DNA from: an uncultured Acidobacteriota bacterium
GTDB lineage: Bacteria; Acidobacteriota; Polarisedimenticolia; J045
DNA length: 64,000 nucleotides
Direction: 5' to 3'
NCBI GenBank assembly: GCA_963702425.1
Contig: CAVPCQ010000032.1
Coordinates: 169,901 to 233,900 of the forward strand
Below the pieces are notes generated by a model. That model made no database searches, was not told the origin of the DNA, and was given only the letters and a program-made list of their open reading frames with translations. This document shows positions 31,027-41,296 of this stretch, piece by piece. The translations under genes and the position numbers were made by a program. How positions within the stretch are numbered: the first letter of the stretch is position 1; each line of letters starts with the position of its first letter.

Positions 31027-32988
31027 ATGCACCGCCGGGCCGCGCCGTCCTCCTCCCTGGCCCTTCTCCCCGCCGCGATCATGGCGCTCGCCGCACTCGC
31101 CGCGATCGGCGCCTCCACCGCCGCCGTCTCGATCTACGTTCCGCCCGAGCGCCTGGCCGAGACGGCCCCGCTGATCGTCGAGGGGACGGTGACGCGCACC
31201 GCGTCGGGCTTCGATCCGAGGACGGGATCGCTGAACACCTACGTCACGGTGGCGGTGAGCTTCGTGCACCGCGGGCCGTCCGGGCTGACGGAGGTCGTGG
31301 TGCGCGAACTCGGCGGCCACTTCGACGACCTGGTTCACGACGTGGACGCGGTCCCGGTCTATCGGCTCGGCGAACGCGTCCTGCTGTTCCTCGAGCCGGG
31401 GCGCGACGGCGCGCTCCGCACCGCCGGCCTGTTCTTCGGCAAGTTCTCGCTGGTCAATGACAGTGAAGGACTGCGCGTCGCGCGGCGGGAAATGTCGGGC
31501 CTGGGACGACTCGCGCGCACCACGCCCCCCGAGTACGAGGACTTCCCCGCCGGGCAGATCGCGGCGCTCGCGGCGTCGGTCTCGCTGGCTCCCTCGCGGC
31601 AGCCGCAATCGGAGTCCCCGCTGCTCTCCCGGCCTTCCGAGTTTTCGCGCCTGCTGTGGGACGACGTGGCGGAGCCGGCGCCCGGCGGCCCGCGCCGCGA
31701 ACCCGACTTCGAGCCGCTTTCCAGCGCCGAACCGGTCCGCTGGCACGAGGCCGACAGCGGGACGGCGGTCAACGTCAACATCGAGCGCGCACGCGACCCT
31801 CTCGGCAATCCTCAGGGCGCCGTCGACGAGATGAAGCGCGCGATGGCGGCCTGGACCGCGGTGCCGGAGGCGCGGATCGTCCTGCAGGCCAACAACGACA
31901 ACTACGACTTCACCGCGGCCAACGCCAGCGGCCCCGCCGACGCCTATCCGCCCGTCAGCGTGATCCTCTTCGGCGACCCCTACAACGACATCACCGACCC
32001 CTCGGGCTGCAGCGGCACGCTGGCAATCGGCGGCTACTGGCGCTCCGGCAGCAACCAGAAGACGGTGAACAACCGGACCTTCTACCCGGCGCTGCGGCTC
32101 TACGTGATCTTCAACAACGGCTTCGAGTGCTATCTCGGCAACCGCGACAACCTGGCGGAGGTAGCGACGCACGAACTGGGGCACGGCATCGGCTTCGGTC
32201 ATTCGACCGTCGCCGACGCCGCGATGCGCGCCTCGGCCTACGGCGGCCGCGGCCCGCGGCTCGGCAATGACGACAAGGACGGCGCGCACTGCCACTATCC
32301 GCATACGCTGACCCTCAGCACACCCAACGGCGGGAACTCGTGGCCGGCCGGGAGCGCGCAGAGCGTCCTCTGGACCGTGACCAACGAGAACGGCACGGAC
32401 AAGGGGACCGTCAGCCTGGAGTACTCGGTCAACGGCGGGTCGAGCTGGAAGCCGATCGCGAGCGGCGAATCCAACGACGGCAGCTACACCTGGACCATTC
32501 CCAACGACCCCTCGAGCAGCGCCTACGTCCGCGTCATCCGCCCCAACCGCGTCAGCCCGACGCCGGCCCCCTACCCCTCCGCCTGCAGCCAGGACGCGTC
32601 GAACAACCCGTTCACGATCACCGCCGCGACGGCCGGCACGGCCCCCGACGGCAAGAGCGGGTCGACGCCACTGCGCGTCGCGCGGGCCGCCGGGACCCAG
32701 GTCACGCTGACGTGGGGCGCGTCCTGCTCAGCCAACGCGTCCGACTACGCGATCTACGAGGGGACGCTCGACGCGCTGCGCGCGGGGTCGTGGAACCACG
32801 CTTCGAAGACCTGCAGCGCCGGCACCGACCGGACCGAGACGATCACGCCAGGGAGCGGCGCGCGCTACTACCTCGTCGCGCCCGTGACCTCGACCGCGGA
32901 AGGGCGTCTCGGGAAGAGCTCGTCCGGCGTCGACCGACCGGCGGCCGCGGCGCCGTGTAAGCCGCGCGAGGCGTCGTCCTGCCCGTGA
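31027..32988 (+). CDS. Secreted metzincin (matrixin-like) metalloprotease with Cys-Pro-ending C-terminal domain
   Basis: Signal peptide; HELGHGIGFGH plus Met-turn (AAMR); Ig-like domain; CTD. Confidence 0.88.
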   Translation: MHRRAAPSSSLALLPAAIMALAALAAIGASTAAVSIYVPPERLAETAPLIVEGTVTRTASGFDPRTGSLNTYVTVAVSFVHRGPSGLTEVVVRELGGHFDDLVHDVDAVPVYRLGERVLLFLEPGRDGALRTAGLFFGKFSLVNDSEGLRVARREMSGLGRLARTTPPEYEDFPAGQIAALAASVSLAPSRQPQSESPLLSRPSEFSRLLWDDVAEPAPGGPRREPDFEPLSSAEPVRWHEADSGTAVNVNIERARDPLGNPQGAVDEMKRAMAAWTAVPEARIVLQANNDNYDFTAANASGPADAYPPVSVILFGDPYNDITDPSGCSGTLAIGGYWRSGSNQKTVNNRTFYPALRLYVIFNNGFECYLGNRDNLAEVATHELGHGIGFGHSTVADAAMRASAYGGRGPRLGNDDKDGAHCHYPHTLTLSTPNGGNSWPAGSAQSVLWTVTNENGTDKGTVSLEYSVNGGSSWKPIASGESNDGSYTWTIPNDPSSSAYVRVIRPNRVSPTPAPYPSACSQDASNNPFTITAATAGTAPDGKSGSTPLRVARAAGTQVTLTWGASCSANASDYAIYEGTLDALRAGSWNHASKTCSAGTDRTETITPGSGARYYLVAPVTSTAEGRLGKSSSGVDRPAAAAPCKPREASSCP

Positions 32989-33444
32989 TGCCTCGCTGCC
33001 CGGTTGAGGGCACCGATCACCCGTGCGCCCTGCAGGAAGCGCGCCCGCTCGGCAGCGTACGGGAACGGCGGGCCCTGACGCGGGGCCCGTCGACGCTGCT
33101 CGGCCGGCGCAGGGCGGGCGGTTCCTCGACTCGAAGAACGCCGCCGTGGCATCGTGAACCGGGGTCGCGAGGTCGCTCTCAGGGCGGCCAGCTTACGTAC
33201 CGAATAGTGCCGGGACCCTCACGCTCATCAGCCCGAACTCCCGCTCGTTCGGTCCGTGGCGGACTTCGCGGATCCGCTTTCACCGGAGTACCGAGCGGTT
33301 CAGAACCGCGACGCGCGTATCCCGGGGTCCGAATGGGCGGCGTCGGCGCTATGATCTCCGCACTCGACGCGAGCATCCGGCCGGCCCGATCGCAGTTCCG
33401 CCCGCGGCCAGCCGGGAGTCCGACGCCGAGCAGAGGGAGGACCG

Positions 33445-33816
33445 ATGTCACGCCATTCCGTTTGTGCGGCGCTCGCCGCGCTCGCGCTCGTCGTCACGCC
33501 CGCCATCGCCCAGCAAGGCGCTCCCGAGATGACTCCGGAGCAGAAGGCCGAAATGGACGCGTACATGAAGGCCGGAACCCCGGGAGAACCGCACCGGCTG
33601 CTGGCCGCGTCCGCCGGCACGTACGATGTCAAGGTCCGAAGCTGGCAGGACCCGGGGGCGCCGCCGATGGAGGACACCGGAACCGCCGTGCGGACCGTCG
33701 ATCGAGGGCCACGTCGGATCGAGCGGTTCACTCCGAGATGTGGGAAGGTCACAGCTTCCCCCGAAGCGCCTTCAGGTCGTCGTCGACCTTGGCCTGCGCC
33801 GCCAGCTTGGGGTTGA
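33445..33816 (+). pseudogene. Truncated DUF1579-like exported protein
   Basis: Signal peptide then [24 protein letters not shown]...G; resemblance stops near 33700 and the tail overlaps the convergent gene. Confidence 0.6.
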
Positions 33817-34711
33817 GCGCGATCGCACGCTTCGCCGCCTCGATCGCCCCCGCCTCGTCGCCGTTGGCGAGGCGGATCACCGCCAGGTCGTAGAGCACCT
33901 CCGGCAGCATCTCGGGGTGCGACTCGGCCCGCGCGGCGGCCTTCTTCTGCCAGGTCAGCGCCTCCGGGAAGCGCTTCTCCGTGAACGCCGTCCAGCCGCG
34001 GTTCCAGTCGTCGTTGACCAGCCCCAGCTCGGTCAGGCGGGCCAGTTCGCCGAAGGGGTCCTTCGAGTCGTCGACGCGCACGTCGATCGCGCGGTCGGTG
34101 AAGCCGCCGTAACCGCCACTGGCGCGGGCCACGATCAGTGCCGCGGACTGCTTTCCGCGCGCGTCGCCGCCCGCGGCGTCCCCCGCGCGGAGCGCGGCGA
34201 GCATCCGCTCGGCCAGCGGCTTGCCCGCACTCTCGAGGAACGCCTTCTCCATCGCGACGACGACCGTCTCGCCGGCGAGGATGTTCCCCTGCACGGCGTA
34301 GCCGGGGCCGCTGCGGCCGCCGGCCCAGGCGTTGCAGCCGGGGCCGGTGAAGGTCGCGGACGCGCCCGACGGCGCGACGATCCCGACCTGCCGCCGATCG
34401 CGCCCGTCGTCGGCGCGCAGCAGCACGTCGAGGACTTCCTTGGGTGCGACGCCGAGCGCCAGTAGCTCGAGGCCGCGCGGGCCGAAGCCCGTGTTGGCGT
34501 AGGCCTGCGTCGCGACCGCCCCGGCGCCTGCCTTTGCCCACGGCACGACGCTGCCGACGGCGAAGAAGCGGCTCGCGACGGCGACGCCGACCTCGCCCGT
34601 GGCCGGATCGGCGGCCGCGATCGAGAAGGTCGCGGGGGGCGGGGGGCCGGCGGCAAGCGCGGGGGCGGCGATTAGGACGGCCAGGGACACCATGCCCAGG
34701 ATGCGTTTCAT
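33749..34711 (-). CDS. DUF1028 (Ntn-hydrolase-like) protein with C-terminal TPR
   Basis: [51 protein letters not shown]. Confidence 0.92.
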   Translation of the reverse strand: MKRILGMVSLAVLIAAPALAAGPPPPATFSIAAADPATGEVGVAVASRFFAVGSVVPWAKAGAGAVATQAYANTGFGPRGLELLALGVAPKEVLDVLLRADDGRDRRQVGIVAPSGASATFTGPGCNAWAGGRSGPGYAVQGNILAGETVVVAMEKAFLESAGKPLAERMLAALRAGDAAGGDARGKQSAALIVARASGGYGGFTDRAIDVRVDDSKDPFGELARLTELGLVNDDWNRGWTAFTEKRFPEALTWQKKAAARAESHPEMLPEVLYDLAVIRLANGDEAGAIEAAKRAIALNPKLAAQAKVDDDLKALRGKL

Positions 34712-34723
34712 GAAGCCCTCGTG

Positions 34724-34750
34724 CGGGCCGGCACGGAGGCCGGCCCCTAC
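34724..34750. repeat. GTAG-type REP (family A)
   Basis: cgggccggcacggaggccggcccctac. Confidence 0.85.
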
Positions 34751-34765
34751 AGGTGCGCGAACCGA

Positions 34766-36395
34766 TTAGGGGTGCGCCGGAAGCTGCATGAAGAAGTCGT
34801 TCCCCTTGTCGTCGACCAGGATGAAGGCCGGGAAGTCCTCGACCTCGATCCGGTAGATCGCCTCCATCCCCAGCTCGGGGTATTCGAGCAACTCCACCTT
34901 CTTGATGTTGTCCTGCGCCAGGATCGCCGCCGGTCCGCCGATCGAGCCGAGGTAGAACCCGCCGTGCTTCTGGCAGGCGTCGGTCACGGCCTTGCTGCGG
35001 TTCCCCTTGGCGATCATCACCAGCGACCCGCCCAGCGACTGGAAGAGGTCGACGTAGCTGTCCATCCGCCCCGCGGTCGTCGGCCCAAACGAGCCCGACG
35101 CCATCCCCGGCGGCGTCTTGGCGGGCCCGGCGTAGTAGACCGGGTGATCCTTCAGGTACTGCGGCATCCCCTCGCCGCGGTCGATCCGCTCCTTGATCTT
35201 CGCGTGCGCGATGTCGCGGGCCACGACGATCGTGCCGGTCAGGAGCAGCGGCGTCGAGACCGGGTGCTTCGACAGCTCGGCGCGGATCTCCGCCATCGGC
35301 CGGTTGAGGTCGACCGGGACGCCATGCTTGTGCTTGACCGCGCCGCGGTACTTCTCGGGCAGGAACCGCGCCGGGTCGCGCTCCAGCTCCTCCAGCCAAA
35401 GTCCGCTGCGGTCGATGTACGCCTTCACGTTGCGGTCCGCGGAGCACGAGACGCCGATCCCGACCGGGCACGAGGCCCCGTGGCGCGGCAGCCGCACGAC
35501 GCGCGCGTCGAGCGCGAACCACTTGCCGCCGAACTGCGCGCCGATCCCGGTCTTCGCGGCCAGCTCGACGACCTTCGCTTCCAGCTCGGGGTCGCGGAAG
35601 GCGCGGCCGTTCGTGTCGCCGGTCGTGGGCAGGTGGTCGAGGTAGCCGGCGCTGGCCAGCTTGACCGTCTTGAGGCGTCGCTTCGGCCGAGGTCCCGCCG
35701 ATCACGATCGCCAGGTGGTACGGCGGGCAGGCCGCCGTGCCCAGCGAGCGCAGCTTCTCGACCAGGAACTTCTCGAGGCTCGCCGGGTTCGAGCAGCGCC
35801 TTCGTCTCCTGGAACAGCATCGACTTGTTGGCCGAGCCGCCCCCCTTGGCGATGAAGACGAACTCGTAGCGCTCGCCATCGGTGGCGTAGATGTCGATCT
35901 GCGCGGGGAGGTTGGTGCCGGAGTTCTTCTCCTCGTACATCGTCAGCGGGACCGTCTGCGAGTAGCGCAGGCTCTCTTTCGTGTAGGTCTCGAAGACGCC
36001 GCGCGAGAGCCACTCCTCGTCCTTGACGCCGGTGAAGACGCGCTGCCCCTTCTTGGCGAAGATCGTCGCGGTCCCGGTGTCCTGGCACATCGGGAGCTGC
36101 ATCCGCGCCGCCACCTCGGCGTTCTTGAGCAGCGTCAGTGCGACGCCGCGGTCGTTGGGCGACGACTCCGGGTCGGCGAGGATCGCGGCGACCTTCTCGA
36201 GGTGCGCGGCGCGGTAGAGGAACGACACGTCGCGGAACGCCTCGCGCGCGATCATCGTCAGCGCCTCCGGCGCGACCTTGAGGATCTCGCTGCCCCTCGA
36301 AGCGGCGCGATGGAAACGTGCTCGGCGGTGAGGTGGCGGTACTTCGTGTCGTCCGGACCGAGCGGAATGGGGCTGGTGTAGGCGAAGTCGGGCAT
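34766..36395 (-). CDS. fumA: Class I (Fe-S) fumarate hydratase (frameshifts about 35680, 35790, 36300)
   Basis: [50 protein letters not shown] across frames. Confidence 0.93.
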
Positions 36396-36455
36396 GGTGC
36401 CGCTCCTGGTGTGGGGAGGCGGGATTGTAAACCACCGCTTGCCGCGCCGGGCCCG

Positions 36456-38300
36456 TCAGGGACAGATCCCCGTCCGCTCCTGCCCCGCCCAGTTCTGGCC
36501 CCAGCTCCCGACGCGGGGGAGGATCGGCCGGGTGAGGTAGTAGTAGACCTTCGCCGCGGGCGGCTTGGCGCTGTCGAGGATCTTGAGCGCGGTCGTCTCC
36601 CACTTGGTGCAGGGGGTCGGAGTGCTCGGGAAGGTCGCGCGGTCGGAGCGGACGACGGCGTATCTCGTCGCCCCCGACTGGGCAGTCCAGGAGTACTCCG
36701 TGGGGTCGAGCTTGTTGTGGAATCCCGAGTCGCCGGAGGTCTCGTCGACCACCCCGTATCCGGGGTCGCCCGGGCACTGGTTGTCCAGGCCGTCGTTGGT
36801 CTCGGCCGCCCGGGGGTAGGTCGAGGCCCGCGCGTCGTCGCAGTCCCCCTCGCACTCGGCGTAGCTGTCGGCGTCGTTGTCGCTGTCGACGCGCGCCAGC
36901 GCCGCGCGCAAGTTCGGTCGCGGACCGATGTGGCCGGGGTAGGGCCCCGTCACCTCCGCCGTGCCGGTCTGGACGAGCAGGTCGCGCACCGTGCGCGGCG
37001 CGAGAGCCGCGCCGCCACAACTCTTCTGCACCCCCTGGATCGCGGCCGCGGCGCCCGCCCCCATCGGGCTGGCCGCGCTCGTTCCGCTGAATTCGGAGGT
37101 GTAGTACTGGTTGGGATCGCCGCCGCCGTTGAAGTAGTCGCCGTACCCGGTCGAGCCGACGTCGTCGCCCCAGCCCTGGATGTCGAGGCGCGAGCCGTAG
37201 GTGGAGAAGTCCATCCGCGAGCGGTCGGGGAGCGGGCCATAGGTCGTCGATCCGGCGCCGACGATGATCGCTCCGGAGTCGCGGATCGATCGGTTGAACT
37301 TGCCGCCGAAGACGGCGTGGTCCAGGTCCTCGCCGCCGTTCCCTGCCGGCTCGACGACGACGACACCCGACGCCGTTGCGATCGAGATCGCGTCGTAGTT
37401 CGCCTGGTCCCACTCCACCGGGACGTAGTCGTTGGTGCCGTCGCCATCGTGGTCGCGCGGACCGTAGGTCTGCGCCTCGATCAGCATCACGTCGCCCGGG
37501 TCCATGAATCCGGTGGCGCAGTCGATCGCGGCGGCCACGTTGTAGGAGCCGCCGCTCGGCAGGTCGGTCACGAACCGCGGCGTCGCCTGGTGGACGATGC
37601 CGGTCGTTCCGTAGCCGTTGCGCCCCGCGAACAGCTCCCCCATCACCGCGGTCCCGTGCTCGATCTCCTGGGCCGTCGGCGTTCCGCAGCGCTGCGCGGC
37701 GACCGTGCTGTTGAGGTCCTCGTGGGCCGTGCGCCAGCTATACTCGATGTCTGTGACAACGACGTTCAACCCACCGCCACCCGGGCGGGTCCAGGCGTAC
37801 TCGGCGTCGATGCCGGTCGGGGCCGGGTCGAGGTAGAGGAGATCGGCTTCGCCGTCGGGTGTCGGCGGCGGGATGTCGGCCGGCGGCGGCGGCGGCAGTG
37901 CGGGGCGGTAGACCGTCTCGACCAGCGCCAGGCCGCGCAGCGCGTCCGCCAGGGAATCGCACAGGTCCGGATCGACGGCGAACTCGACGTAGCCGTTGAG
38001 ATCGGGCAGGCGTCGACCGGACCGCGACTCGGCCGCGGCACGCGTGGCGTCCACCGCCGGCTCGTCCCGGAAAAGCGTGCGCGCGGGCAGCGGCCGCCCG
38101 AAACGCGTGAGCACCGCCTCGAGCGACGACATGTCCACGCCACGGAGCGAAACGAGCGCCGTTCCCCGCAGTCGGACCTGCGCGTCGTCCACGAACTTCA
38201 CGACGAGCCGGTCGGCGGCGCGACCGGTCGTGTCGTGCTGGGCCGCCAGCGCGAAGCCGACCGATGCCAGGAGAAGTGCAGCGTAGCCGCGGTGCGCCAT
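36456..38300 (-). CDS. Secreted S8 protease with MopE-like metal-binding motif and Cys-Pro-ending C-terminal domain
   Basis: [27 protein letters not shown]; GDCDD..ASTYP.AAE..DGLDNQC; ends [17 protein letters not shown]. Confidence 0.9.
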   Translation of the reverse strand: MAHRGYAALLLASVGFALAAQHDTTGRAADRLVVKFVDDAQVRLRGTALVSLRGVDMSSLEAVLTRFGRPLPARTLFRDEPAVDATRAAAESRSGRRLPDLNGYVEFAVDPDLCDSLADALRGLALVETVYRPALPPPPPADIPPPTPDGEADLLYLDPAPTGIDAEYAWTRPGGGGLNVVVTDIEYSWRTAHEDLNSTVAAQRCGTPTAQEIEHGTAVMGELFAGRNGYGTTGIVHQATPRFVTDLPSGGSYNVAAAIDCATGFMDPGDVMLIEAQTYGPRDHDGDGTNDYVPVEWDQANYDAISIATASGVVVVEPAGNGGEDLDHAVFGGKFNRSIRDSGAIIVGAGSTTYGPLPDRSRMDFSTYGSRLDIQGWGDDVGSTGYGDYFNGGGDPNQYYTSEFSGTSAASPMGAGAAAAIQGVQKSCGGAALAPRTVRDLLVQTGTAEVTGPYPGHIGPRPNLRAALARVDSDNDADSYAECEGDCDDARASTYPRAAETNDGLDNQCPGDPGYGVVDETSGDSGFHNKLDPTEYSWTAQSGATRYAVVRSDRATFPSTPTPCTKWETTALKILDSAKPPAAKVYYYLTRPILPRVGSWGQNWAGQERTGICP

Positions 38301-38494
38301 GCGGGCCCCCATCGCCGGAGTGGATCCCGGGTTCTGGCGCGGGTGCAGCTCGGGGGCGGTCAACGCGTCACGACGACGGGCAGGATGGCCGTCCCCACCG
38401 GCTGCATCCCGTCGAGCGAGTCGATTCTCGCGCCCCGCGCCTGCTTTGATCAAGCCCCGGCGCGGGCCGTCCGGGACCGCCGGGATCCGATAGA

Positions 38495-38986
38495 ATGCCG
38501 GAGTTCTCCAGGAGCGCTCGGAGCGTGCCTTTGATCCCCTCGTTTCCGCCCTGCCCCGCTGCCGGCGCGCCGCCGGACCGCCGGCTCGTGCTCGAGCTGC
38601 TCGCCGCCGGCGCCGCCGGGGCCTTGGTCCTCGAGGTCTCGTTCCTCGCGGGGTGCGGCGGCTCGGAGCCGCCCGGGCCATCGGTCGTCACCGTGCCGCT
38701 CGCGGACCTGCCGGAGGGCAAGCGCCTCGTCGTGAAGGTCGGCACCACCCCGGTCGAGCTGCGCCGGACCGGCGAGACGATCGTCGCGCGCTCGCTGCTC
38801 TGCACCCACCAGGGCTGCGTCGTCGCCTGGCAGGAGGAGATCCAGCAGTACAAGTGCCCGTGTCAGGGGGCGTGGTTCGACATCAACGGCCAGGTCATCT
38901 CCGGGCCGACGACGAAGCCGCTCGTCGAGTTCCCGGTGACGATCGTCGAGAACGCCGCCCGCGTCACGGAGCCTGGAAAGTCCTGA
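38495..38986 (+). CDS. Rieske-type protein with Tat/lipoprotein-like signal; box II reads CPCQG
   Basis: DRRLVL...LAGC; CTHQGC, CPCQG, ISGP; start uncertain. Confidence 0.85.
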   Translation: MPEFSRSARSVPLIPSFPPCPAAGAPPDRRLVLELLAAGAAGALVLEVSFLAGCGGSEPPGPSVVTVPLADLPEGKRLVVKVGTTPVELRRTGETIVARSLLCTHQGCVVAWQEEIQQYKCPCQGAWFDINGQVISGPTTKPLVEFPVTIVENAARVTEPGKS

Positions 38987-39084
38987 CGTTCCAGGCCGTT
39001 CGCGAGGGCCGCGCTGGCGCCCGGTCGCTCCGCGCGTCATCATCACCGGTCGTTTCCCCCTCTTCCTTCCTCTCCGAGACCGCC

Positions 39085-39807
39085 ATGGGACGCATCTTCG
39101 AAACCCGAAAACACGTCATGTTCGCCCGCTGGGACCGGATGGCGAAACAGTTCACCCGGATCGCCAAGGACATCGCGATGGCCGTCAAGGCCGGCGGAGC
39201 GGACCCGAACAGCAACCCGGCGCTGCGGCGCATCATCCAGAACGCACGCGCGATCAACATGCCCAAGGACAAGGTCGAGGCGGCGATCCGGCGCGCGGCG
39301 GGACAGGAAGCGACCGACTACCAGGAAGTGCTCTACGAAGGCTACGGGCCGCACGGCGTCCCGATCATCGTCGAGGCCGCAACCGACAACCCGAATCGCA
39401 CCGTCGCCAACCTGCGCGTGCACTTCAACAAGGGCGGCGGCACACTCGGCAACTCGGGAAGCGTCGCCTACCAGTTCAAGCGGATGGGCGTCTTCCGGCT
39501 CGACCCGGCCGGGATCGCGCAGGACGAGCTGGAGCTCGACCTGATCGACTTCGGACTCGAGGAGATGGGCGAGGGAACGGGCGAGAAGGGCGAACTGCAG
39601 TTGGTCATCCGCTGCGCGCTGGTCGATCTCGGCACCCTGCAGAAGGCCCTCGAGGAGCGCGGGATCACGCCGATCTCCGCCGAATCGGCGTACGTCGGCT
39701 TGACCCCGACCGAACTTCCCGAAGCGCAGGCCAACGAGGTGCTCGAACTGATCGACCGGCTCGAGCAGGACGACGACGTACAGCGGGTGTTCCACACGCT
39801 GGCGTAG
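39085..39807 (+). CDS. yebC: YebC/PmpR family protein
   Basis: [33 protein letters not shown]. Confidence 0.95.
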   Translation: MGRIFETRKHVMFARWDRMAKQFTRIAKDIAMAVKAGGADPNSNPALRRIIQNARAINMPKDKVEAAIRRAAGQEATDYQEVLYEGYGPHGVPIIVEAATDNPNRTVANLRVHFNKGGGTLGNSGSVAYQFKRMGVFRLDPAGIAQDELELDLIDFGLEEMGEGTGEKGELQLVIRCALVDLGTLQKALEERGITPISAESAYVGLTPTELPEAQANEVLELIDRLEQDDDVQRVFHTLA

Positions 39808-39861
39808 GGGCCGGTGCGCCCGACGGAGCGGCCGCGGAGCGGCGCGGAGACGGGCCCCTAC
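39804..39861. repeat. Degenerate GTAG REP doublet between convergent genes
   Basis: gtaggggcc ... ggcccctac; both ends contain the TAG stops of the flanking genes. Confidence 0.65.
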
Positions 39862-40373
39862 TGGGCGGTCGGCTCGTCGACCCAGTCCTCGGGGTCGGGC
39901 TCCTCGCCCGGCGGGAGCTTCGCCAGCTCCGTCTTCACCAGCTCGATGTGGTGGATCTCGTCGCCGCGCAGCTCCTCGAACAGGGCCCGCACATCGGCGT
40001 TCGTGATGCTCGGCAGCGCACGGTCGAAGTAGGCGTAGGCCTTCTCCTCCGAGCGCAGGGCGGTCATCAACGCCGCGCGCGGGCTCATGAAGGCGCGCGC
40101 CTGGTCGTAGTCCGGCGCCTCGACGTCGAGGATCATCGCCGACGACACGGCAGCCGGCGCGTTGCCGAACAGGTGCTTGCGGCGCGCCGCCAGCTCGCTG
40201 CCGTGCTTCTCCTCGTTGACCGCCATGAAGCGGAAGAACTTCTCCGCGTCCGGGGTGTGGTGCGCCGACATCTGGTCGGCGAACTCGAGGTAGCGGTCTT
40301 CGGCTTCCTGCTCGATCAGCACGGCCAGGTCGAGCGCGTCCTTCATGGAGAGGCGGGAAAAGTCGATGTTCAT
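39858..40373 (-). CDS. Ferritin-like/rubrerythrin-family di-iron protein
   Basis: EQEAEDRY, EEKH, EEKAYAYF, DEIHH. Confidence 0.88.
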   Translation of the reverse strand: MNIDFSRLSMKDALDLAVLIEQEAEDRYLEFADQMSAHHTPDAEKFFRFMAVNEEKHGSELAARRKHLFGNAPAAVSSAMILDVEAPDYDQARAFMSPRAALMTALRSEEKAYAYFDRALPSITNADVRALFEELRGDEIHHIELVKTELAKLPPGEEPDPEDWVDEPTAQ

Positions 40374-40403
40374 CGGTCGGTCGCTCCTCGCGTTCGGCTC
40401 GGA

Positions 40404-41288
40404 CTACTTCTGCAGGAAGACTTCCAGGATCCGCTCGCGCGGCGGAGCGGTCGCCATCATCTCCTGCTGCCGCTCGAGCACCAACCTGTCGTAGGTCGGC
40501 GGCGGGTCCGGGTTGCGGTAGAAGATGCCGGTGTAGAGCTCCGTCCCGTAGGCCTGCGCCAGGTCCATCGCGCGGATCCGGTCCTCCGGGTTGTGACCCA
40601 GGCTCTCCAGCGTGGTCATCTTGGCGCGGTGCGCCTTGATCTGCTGATCCTCCTCGCCGTAGGTCACGCACGGGGACTGGATGTTGACCAGCGCGAAGCC
40701 GGGGTAGCGGATTGCCTCCTCGAGCATCGCGGTCAACCCGGCCATGTCGGCCGGCGTCCCCTGCGCGACGAAGTGGCAGCCGTAGCCCAGCACGTAGAGC
40801 AGCGGATTGACCGGGTCCTCGAGGCTGCCGAGGCGCGAGGTGCAGGTCCTGGCGCCGCGCGGCGAGGTCGGCGAGAGCTGGCCCTTGGTCAGGCCGTAGA
40901 TCTGGTTGTCCATCACGATGTAGGCGATGTCCACGTTGCGCCGGATCGCGTGCGCCACGTGACCGCCGCCGATCGAGAAACCGTCGCCGTCACCGCCCGC
41001 CGCCAGCACGAGCAGCTCGGGCCGGGCGATCTTGATCCCCTGCGCGATCGGCAGCGCCCGGCCGTGCACGCTGTTGAAGCCGTAGGCGGTGGTGTAGCCG
41101 GGGATCCGCGACGAACAGCCGATGCCCGACACGAACGCGATCTCGTGCGCCGGCCGGTTGACGGCTGCCAGCGCGCGGTAGACGGCCTGCAGGACGCTGA
41201 AGTCCCCGCAGCCCGGACACCAGATCGGGCGCAGCTCGCTCTTGAAGTCCTTCGGGGTGAGTACTCCACACGGAGGCATCGTCGACAT
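40404..41288 (-). CDS. korB: 2-oxoacid:ferredoxin oxidoreductase beta subunit
   Basis: WCPGCGDF, SGIGCSS, GGDGDGFSIG, NQIYGLTKGQ. Confidence 0.95.
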   Translation of the reverse strand: MSTMPPCGVLTPKDFKSELRPIWCPGCGDFSVLQAVYRALAAVNRPAHEIAFVSGIGCSSRIPGYTTAYGFNSVHGRALPIAQGIKIARPELLVLAAGGDGDGFSIGGGHVAHAIRRNVDIAYIVMDNQIYGLTKGQLSPTSPRGARTCTSRLGSLEDPVNPLLYVLGYGCHFVAQGTPADMAGLTAMLEEAIRYPGFALVNIQSPCVTYGEEDQQIKAHRAKMTTLESLGHNPEDRIRAMDLAQAYGTELYTGIFYRNPDPPPTYDRLVLERQQEMMATAPPRERILEVFLQK

Positions 41289-41296
41289 TTCTCACC

